Shown: positions 55,864 to 64,000 of the stretch, in pieces
How the letters are laid out: every line of letters starts with the position of its first letter
Numbering within the stretch: position 1 is the stretch's first letter
DNA from: Bigelowiella natans CCMP2755
Lineage: Eukaryota; Protista; Cercozoa
Direction of reading: 5' to 3'
Length of the DNA stretch: 64,000 nucleotides
NCBI GenBank assembly: GCA_000320545.1
Contig: ADNK01001725.1
Coordinates: forward strand, 1-64,000
Made by a program: the position numbers and the translations under genes
The notes under the pieces: model-generated
What the model saw: only the letters and a program-made list of their open reading frames with translations
Databases searched by the model: none
What the model was told of the DNA's origin: nothing

Positions 55864-57034
55864 TTAACGACTATGCATAGCGTGGCCTATGGATGCTTTG
55901 GGCGAAGAATCAGCCAAACCACATGATGCCCATGCCGGACACCATGTTCATTGTGGGAAATGGAAGACGCTCTTTGAAGTTAATCGAACCGCACATAATC
56001 CCATGTCGCTGACTTGGAAGGCATGGCATTTGTCTTAAAACGAAAGCTTTTACTGCGTTACTACTCAAACGTTACCAATGGGAATCGAATCCGAAGAAAT
56101 CTAGGGCAATTCTGTAATTTGTCCTATTCAATGTTGTCGCTTATCAGAATCGGCATCAGGAGGCCTCCAAGAGAGAAATCGCAAAATTCAGGGATGCAGA
56201 AGGACTTGCATCAACGGCTGTTGTGCTCACGGTTCCAGTAGTTGCCTTCACGCTCGTAATCGTGCTAGGCGATGCGATTTGTCCATCAGTGCTTTGGAAA
56301 ACGAGAGCATAGAATCTTCACCTATGCCTATATATGCAGGTCTATCATCTTTCAGCACTCGCTACGACCGCTGGAGGGTGCGACGAACTAAATTCAGAAT
56401 TGAAGACAGCAACTGCTCGACTATGGTCTTTTTTTGGCAATAAATGGTGATGATAATGAAGGAGCTGATATGCGGCTGGGACCTTCTGCGATTTCTGCCA
56501 TTCTTGCTCGTCTGTTTGGTGCAACGGCTCTGCTCATGTGTTTCGCGTGCCGTACGAATGGCAAGTCTCGCAATCAAACGAGTGTCTAAGTTGAGATCGC
56601 TTTTATTTAAAAACGCGGAAAGCTTTTAATTAACTACTTCGATCATGTACTATGAATGTTACAATAAAATAAAAGTCCACTGCTTTTGATCAACGCGTCT
56701 CTATTGTCTCTTCTTCTGACCACATTGCAAAGCATTGGAGTCGAGGTCATGAACATCTCTCTCTTTGCGTGTGCAGTGCAGGTCAAGATTGAAATTATGT
56801 GGATATAATGATGCAATGCAGCAGTATCTACAAACGGTGGCTACATCTTTTAATCCATATGTCCACAAACTAATACGATGTTGATCTACATCGTACATGC
56901 GCTGTGTGCTCCTTCAAATACATAATTGTTCGTGCTCGCAGCATTAAGAGCTACTGATACGACATTGCGGCGTAAGGCCGACGGCAAGTATTGATTTCAT
57001 TGCAGAATAATGATACGCTGAGCTCTCCTACTGC

Positions 57035-57067
<33 letters not shown>

Positions 57068-57361
57068 CTGTCGATGGTCGATCGGAGAGCGCTGCTATCG
57101 AAGCTATGCTCACATCGCACGAACGCGTGAGGTCGCAGCATCTCGATCTCGCCGCAAATTTGAATCAGTCATCACCCACATTAGACGACAACTCGCTTAC
57201 GCATGCTCATTGTGTATCAATTCAATGCAAAATGTGTAAGTATAAAGAGGGAGCATTATCGCTGCTCGCTGCGAGACCTCGCAGCGTTTTCTGTGATTTT
57301 TGTTGATATGCATGCATTACTAATCAGGTGCACATCTTCACTAAAGAGAACACTCACGTTA

Positions 57362-59879
57362 TCAGTCCATTCCCAGCAAATTTCCTTCATTTGATTCTTC
57401 ATCCTCGTCTAAGCAATTATCGTCATCAGCCTGGCTTTCCTGGTGCAGGTTTTTCTTCATTTCATCTAAAACTTCCGTATATGACGGTGCTTCTGTATAT
57501 GACGGTGCTTTGACTTTTGCTCTGCTGGCTGAAACATCTTTTGCCCTAGATGGTGGAGGCTTAGAAAGTGGAGGGTCTCTTCTCTTGCTTGTGCTCTTCG
57601 TGTCAATGCTATGTCCACGAGTATACTTTATTCTTGAATAGCGGTTATCATCTTTGTATATTTCCTGCCGCTCCAAGCGATGCTTCAGTTTTTCCATAAT
57701 TCCTTGCTGGCTACGCGTCCTAAAGTGCGTATCTCTCATTGCAATACTCACCAAGTCGTTGGTCAGAGGTAGCTCAGTCTCTACCATCCAATGCACAAGC
57801 TGTGCAGCAAACTTCGAATCCTGACGAGTGATCAGGGTGTACGCGGTGCCTTCCTTGTCGCTGCCGCGTGCAGTCCGGCCTATTCGATGGATATGAGACG
57901 CAATGTCTCTCGCAGGATCAAAATTCACCACAGTCTTTATGTTTCGAATGTCCATCCCTCTGGAAACGAGATCAGACCCAACAAGCACAGTGTACGCGCC
58001 CGATTTGAACCCATCCACACAGGCTTTCCTGTGATTAGGGTCAATACCCGAGTGCACGATGCCTGCATTGTGGCCCTCGTTTTCGATCATCTTATGAACG
58101 AGCTCCACTTTGTCTCTTCCTGTGCAGAATATAAGCACCTCCCCGAGCTCAATCAGCTCTTCGAGATGATCTTGTAGCCACCTTGCTTTAGCCTTAGAGT
58201 CGCGCAGCAGAACATAGTCTTGCTGGATTTTGTTGTGCGTCCCAGCGCTATGAATACCGACGGTTATTCGTAGGGGTTCGGTGATGGTTGACTGCACAAG
58301 GCTGATGATATCTTGAGGAATGGTGGCACCAAACAACAGCATCTGCCGGTCCTCCCGTATTCGAGAGACGATCGATCGTACCTGGTACTCAAACCCTGCG
58401 TCGAGTAGCCTATCAGTCTCATCGAATACCAGGTATGACACCCCTTCAATCTTGCCAGACCGCATTTCAATCAAGTCAAGCATCCTTCCAGGAGTGCAAA
58501 CGATGATATCTGCGCCATACTTGATTAGGTTCTTGTGCTGATCGGATTTGGACTGACCTCCAAAGAGGCCCTGCACAACAAGCGAGAAGGGCTCCGCATA
58601 TTTGCTGCAATCGCGCGTGATTTGAGATGCAAGCTCTCTTGTGGGAACCACCACCAGTCCAACAGCTCTCGGCTTTGTCTTCCTGCCATGGTTGTCTTCA
58701 ACTTTCCGGCGATTGTGTAGCACGTGCACGATCATTGGCAGCACGAATGCTAACGTTTTACCGGTACCTGTCGGTGCAATGCCGATGATATCCATCCCAC
58801 TCAACGCAGCCGGTATGCACTGGGCTTGTATTGGCATCGGTCCTGTGAATCCTTCTCCTTCGAGAGTTGACAGCATGTCTGCTGGTAGGCCCAAAGTCGC
58901 TAAATTTATGCCCTGGAGGGGGCAAATTGGTGCCGCCACTGCCGTCTATCGTGATACCGAGAAGCTCTCTTTGCTTAGAAGCTGCCGCTACGTCGACTTT
59001 GGAGTGGTTTCCAATGTCATAAATCCCTCCTTTTGGAGGTCTGAATACGTTCTTCTTCACGCTCTCTTTGCCGGCCGAATGCAATCGTTCCCGTTCGGTC
59101 TTAGCAGGGCCACGAAGAGGCTTCACCTTTATTTTGCGTCTCCACACAGAGTTTGGGTCCTCTTGATACCTGAGAACAGCGCGCTTTTCCTCTGACTTCT
59201 CTGCCTCCTCATTCTCGCGCTTCTCCATTTCTGCTATTTCCTTTCGATGTTCAACCTCAGAATCGTAATCTGAATCAGGCTTTTTTGCATATATTTTTTT
59301 CCCTCTTTTTTTCAGAAAGTCCATGTACTCTAGCCCCGGGGACTCGGATCCTTCCATGTTTTCTTCAAACTCCTGAATCATCTGGTCACACCTGCGCTCC
59401 TTTGGCTGATGCTGTGTCGACCCTTCATAGCGTTCACCAGCACCGTCGTTCTGCTCCGAATCCTTGATTTCTTGCTCAATTTTCTTCATATAAGCATCGA
59501 GTGGGTCCTCCTCCTCCTCCTCCTCTTCCACCACCTCTTTCCCACCTCTTAGCTTCAGAAGATAACCCCTGAAGGGGCTGCCTCCGCTCCTTATCCCTCT
59601 ACTTCTGATAGAGATTTCCCCAAAAGTTGTACCTCCTGCCCTCACCAACTTCGGAATAGTTCTAGTGTCACGCATTACATTCTTCTTATTCGTCACAAGC
59701 TGCTGCTGCCTCTGCTGCTGCTGTTGGCGTTGCGCGTGAGAGTGAGACTTACATATATCCTTACTGCAAGATAATGTGTGGCGGTTGTTACAGGTCTCAA
59801 AACGAGAAACAAAGATAAGGGGGAGGAGTGCTGCCAGGAATGCAACGACAAAGATGGACCGACCGAGCAGATTGGGCAT
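57362..59879 (-). CDS. DDX42: DDX42-like DEAD-box RNA helicase with a signal + transit-like leader; frame change near 58890
   Basis: EEDPLDAYM; Q motif PMPIQ; APTGTGKT; PTREL; TPGR; DETD; GFEYQVRSI (DDX42-like); SRGMD; VNFDPARDIASHIHRIGRTAR; GTAYTL. Split between ORFs 58758-59879 and 57362-58939. Confidence 0.88.
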
Positions 59880-60523
59880 CAGGATCTCCTCCTCCTCCCC
59901 CTTCTTATTCTACGGACGCTAGTCCAAGTAAAGAAAGGGAGTCAATCCACATTGTATTCCTGGTGTTGTTGCTACAGCAATGGCCCAGTCCTCCGTCTAT
60001 CTATCCCTCCCTTTCAGGGCTCATGGCAGGGGCGGCAGCATCGCTGGGATGTCCCGGATAATAATTGTATTCACATGTACATGTACATTTCTAAAATCAC
60101 GATGTTTTTCGCATATATTTAAGTCTAAAATAGAGATCACATCCAATCGGATGAAAAGTGACTACAAGGAAGAAGAACAGTGCAGACAGACATACCAGCA
60201 ACAACTAATAGATAACGCCTAAATTCCAGGGGCATCATGATTGCAGAATACCATAGTTGCGACAACCAAATTGAAATGTCTCTCACAAAAAACCTCTTCA
60301 TAGTCAAGGTACCCCCAGGATGTTACTGCTGCGACAAACAATTCAGGATGTCTTTTCGCATAAAACTCTTTAATAATATCGACGATGTCTAATATTTGAA
60401 ATTTCGAATTCCTCTCCCTCCTCGTCGTCGTTCGGTCACCAGGCAACAAACGATCGGATGGGCGATCAATAATAATCGATTACACTGTACTCGATGTAGT
60501 AGCATTTGGGAGAAGTATTTATC

Positions 60524-61825
60524 ATGAGCAAGCTATTCCCGTCATTCCAAGTTCTTTTATTCTCTATTGGCTTCTTTTCAATTCCGACTGTTGTCCCATC
60601 GAAGCACCCTGAAGCAACAAACAGACGGAGGCCTCATTACAGCACTCCAAAACAATTGCGTTTGGAAAGTTCTCTTAGTGGAGATCATCATCATCGTTCT
60701 CGCCATGAATGTCCTCCAAAGTTCTATACATCACCTCTCATTCACGGTGGGCTAACGAATGCACTGATGCGGCTGTATAATCATGCTCGGTTCGCCAAGT
60801 GGTCCCGCTACACAATGACGATGCCCCTAATTCGGAGTTATCCTTGTATTCCTCCTAGCAAGCTCATCCCATCACCCCGATTTCTACCTCTTAATCAATT
60901 CTTCAATTCAAGTATATTTTGTAACCATCTAAGGAGCGTTGGCGTATGTATTGATTGCCATAAAATTCCTCCTTCAATTTTGGACCAACATAGTTTATCG
61001 TTGTCGCCAATAATTCACCAAAAATATAACCACTACATCCTCAAGGAGCAATTTTATAAAAAATGTAATCATTCCCAAATCACCTTCTCTCAAAGAATGT
61101 TGGAAGGAAATACTGTCATTGTTGGTCAAGATGGACTGGACATTTATGCGACCAAAAATTATTCACATCTTTATGCTAGTAAATATAGTAATCCATATGA
61201 TTCATTTATACATTTCGTGTCCTCTTTGCAAATTACTGAGGAGCTTGAGGGTGTGGTCCTCCGTACAATTGCGAAACTCAAACGCCCTTATCTGGCAATT
61301 CATATGCGCGTGGAAGACGATTGGAGAAGAGTCCGCGAAGGAAAATGCTATATTTCTGCAGAGCAAATAGTCGAGATGGTTACAGAACATGCTTCCTTCA
61401 AAAACCTATTACGCAAAACTACACATCCCCGTTTGAGCGTCTTTATAGCCACTGGTGCTAAATCCGTGGCTCGGAGAGCGTGGGAAAATGTTCCATTTAT
61501 AAAGGTAGTCCAAGCTGCTGATTATGAAAATGGCGATCGTGAATATTACGATGCTGATAGTGCTGGTGCGCAACAGCGCCTTAGGGGTGATTTGTCACTT
61601 AGCTGGCAGCAGAGGGCGCTTATAGACATGGAAATAGCTCGCCGTTCCGATATGTTTGTAGGAGCCAAACTACAATCCACCTTTTCTAAAGCCGTCCAAG
61701 CCTTGCGTGCAATATCAATTGGAACCCATACAGATACAACATCCTTCGCTTACTCAAAAGTCGACCCATTACTGGCAACATATGGGGCTTGGAATGAAGT
61801 TGGGCAATTTCAATGTTTCAGCTGA
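60524..61825 (+). CDS. GDP-fucose protein O-fucosyltransferase family protein, intronless
   Basis: N-terminal hydrophobic anchor; GGLTNALM; YLAIHMRVEDDW; VFIATG; ALIDMEIARRSDMFVG...STFS. Confidence 0.85.
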   Translation: MSKLFPSFQVLLFSIGFFSIPTVVPSKHPEATNRRRPHYSTPKQLRLESSLSGDHHHRSRHECPPKFYTSPLIHGGLTNALMRLYNHARFAKWSRYTMTMPLIRSYPCIPPSKLIPSPRFLPLNQFFNSSIFCNHLRSVGVCIDCHKIPPSILDQHSLSLSPIIHQKYNHYILKEQFYKKCNHSQITFSQRMLEGNTVIVGQDGLDIYATKNYSHLYASKYSNPYDSFIHFVSSLQITEELEGVVLRTIAKLKRPYLAIHMRVEDDWRRVREGKCYISAEQIVEMVTEHASFKNLLRKTTHPRLSVFIATGAKSVARRAWENVPFIKVVQAADYENGDREYYDADSAGAQQRLRGDLSLSWQQRALIDMEIARRSDMFVGAKLQSTFSKAVQALRAISIGTHTDTTSFAYSKVDPLLATYGAWNEVGQFQCFS

Positions 61826-61879
61826 TAGTAGGTGAGAAATCACAATGAGGCAACCAGTGCTCTCTAAATCAAGAGCTTT

Positions 61880-63200
61880 CTAGCCCTAAGTGCAGTAAAA
61901 TGTTGCAGCGTGTGATGTACGTGTCATGCATTCATCAGGCTGTGAGTTTAAATTGAAGTCTTTAGGAGTTTACGTGGCTCAAATTCCACGTACACATGAC
62001 ATCAGGGTCTCAGAGTCCTGCAAGTGGCTTGGCATTGATGACAATTTTCGTAAATGACCTGCACTGATGTCACAAATTGTCGCATTGATGAGCACCTACC
62101 ACACAAAGTTGCCACAGTGCACGTGCTGACTGCACACTGATTGAGTGCACGATATTGATGGACCAGGTGATGATCGGCGCCTTGGCCATCATTGAGCATT
62201 GGGAGCAAACATTTTGAAATGTGCACGTGCACAGGACACCTTGCCGGGATTGCGCATGCAACGTGCAATGTGCCACTGCCGTGCGTCTGGCAACAGGCAT
62301 GCGCCAAGCAGCCCATGATGCGCGCTGCCAATGCATCACATAGGGACATATATGTCCATATACGTGTACGCGTGAGAAACACATGTACCCATGCACACCA
62401 CATGTACTAAATGTACACGTGAGCCCCATCATTTGGCACATGTGTGGCCATGTCTATGCATGGGTACATGTGAAGTACGCGATGTACTGATGTCGTAGAC
62501 GGCTACACGCATAGGGACACATGTGTCCACATCATCATTGGAGATCGAAGTGTGAAATTGAATGATGACGTGGCGCACACAAGCACACATCACCCCCGCC
62601 ACACACGTGGAGGAGGAGAGAACCAGTGTCCACTGCAAACCGAGTGTTTTGGATTTTTTTGCGATGCTGAAGATGTGTGAATGTTTTCATCGATGAAAAA
62701 CACATTTTGAAGGCAATGCGAAGTGCACATCGATTGCTTGCCCGTGAGACGTGAGTGGACAGTGGGTGCTTGATCGCGATTTTGGCAAGAATTGAGTCGC
62801 AATTTTCAGCACACTTTGTGGCTTTGCACTGGCCATCGCATGCGACTGTCATCATCAAAACTTGTTCGCTCGTGCACGAATTGTTGGCAAAACAAACAAA
62901 CACTTGCATCAAAACCATGCACAATTGAAATTGAAATTTTTTCACTTTTGCTGGATGAAAACAACAACATGAATTCTCCACTTTGGAGCAAATCAGACAA
63001 CTGTGAATGGGAAAGGGAATCAAGAGAATCTGAGAAAGAATGTGAGGGAGAAAGCATCACATCAATCTTGAAGAAACAGCATGCATTGAGAGCCATTGAA
63101 ATCCGTTGCAGAACTGAGTGCAAAAAAAGAAATTGGAAAGCATGATTGGAAAAGACCGCCATGAAAAATCGAGTCGGTCCAAGCCAATTCAACATGCAAT
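61880..63200. other. TpA-depleted domain
   Basis: No TA in 62514-63200 (687 bp) although the region is AT-rich. Depletion is partial from 61880 to 62513. Confidence 0.95.
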
Positions 63201-63343
63201 TATTAGTTCTGGAACCGCCTCTATTTTGTACTTACGACATCGAAAATCAGTGCTTTTTTCCCTTCAAATTTGAATTTTCAAATCCTACACGAGTCCTCCC
63301 CCATCGTCTTCTTCTACTTCCTTTCCTAAATCAATGTTTGAAG

Positions 63344-64000
63344 ATGCTGGCGATTCTCTTGATTTTTCTAGCCTATGTACCAGCTTTAACAGAAACTACT
63401 GCTAGACAAAAGTCATACTCTTCAGCTTTGGAAGCATCTCAAAGTGAAGGTTGAATAACAACAAATTGCTATCGTCATCGTCCACAGCCCCCCTTTATTA
63501 ACAATTTATTCAGAGTGGCAAAAGATAGAAGGACAGTTAGATCGTCTGGGAAGTGAATTCGATGAAGACTCGTTGCATTCCAATAGTACATCAATTGAAG
63601 GACAGGCGTCATCCAATATGTGCAACTTCCATGTTGCTGATGGGAGGATACATGTGATTTCCCTTACTTCCCGACAAGATAGGTGCTTTTTCCTAACGTT
63701 ATGCATGTGGAATGAGAATAATAAGATGTGTAAGCTAGAAAATTGTACTCCTCACACAACCGATGATGAAAATAAGAACGATGATGACGACGATCAAAAA
63801 GGAGTGAAGATAAGCCAAGAATAACTAAAACTACACTGGTTGCATTCTAATGAAGATGTTTTTTGCTGAATATTAGGAGGAAGATCATATCCAATTCTAT
63901 GGATGAGCAGGGTAATATTGAAATGGTAGAAAGCAAGATGCCTCATCACCCATGCTCCCACCCACCTACTTTCCTATTCTCCTCCTCCTCCTCCTCATGC
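63344..64000 (+). CDS. 5' part of a probable glycosyltransferase family 25-like protein (runs off the window)
   Basis: Signal/anchor MLAILLIFLAYVPALT. Spliced ...GRIHVISLTSRQDR|RKIISNSMDEQ resembles the GT25 N-terminal V-I-S/N-L-x-x-x-x-D-R-R motif. Confidence 0.55.

Noticed and set aside
57475-57510. 18-bp tandem duplication (APSYTE x2) in the helicase tail
   Set aside because: Ordinary slippage in a low-complexity tail.
49967-64000. Glycan gene cluster (propeller protein, O-fucosyltransferase, GT25-like)
   Set aside because: It is interrupted by an unrelated helicase, and these families are common in protist genomes, so chance adjacency is likely.

Overview
This is intron-rich eukaryotic nuclear DNA with GT-AG introns full of microsatellites. 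The style, plus a signal peptide + transit-like + LRGG leader on a spliceosomal helicase, suggests an alga with a complex plastid and nucleomorph, such as a chlorarachniophyte (inference). I could reconstruct about 16 genes by hand: a secreted NHL-repeat protein, a ~2000-aa secreted protein with ten lectin-like repeats, a bHLH-ZIP factor, an fRMsr-type GAF protein, an MmgE/PrpD enzyme, DNA polymerase kappa, an Air1/ZCCHC7-like zinc-knuckle protein, an EGF + beta-propeller + mucin-stalk membrane protein, a DDX42-like helicase, a protein O-fucosyltransferase, a GT25-like 5' end and several hypotheticals. The most striking signal is non-coding. Discrete 0.5-2.4 kb domains downstream of gene 3' ends have lost almost every TpA dinucleotide (none in 62514-63200), while TG/CA is abundant and CpG is retained. 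The surviving TAs are mostly inside CTAG. A tandem duplication at 17045-17166 differs only by TA/TG/CA transitions. Divergent promoter spacers and most introns keep abundant TA. This points to a region-targeted, context-specific TA->TG/CA (A:T->G:C) hypermutation process, the mirror image of fungal RIP. Exon boundaries and dinucleotide counts are manual and need computational confirmation.
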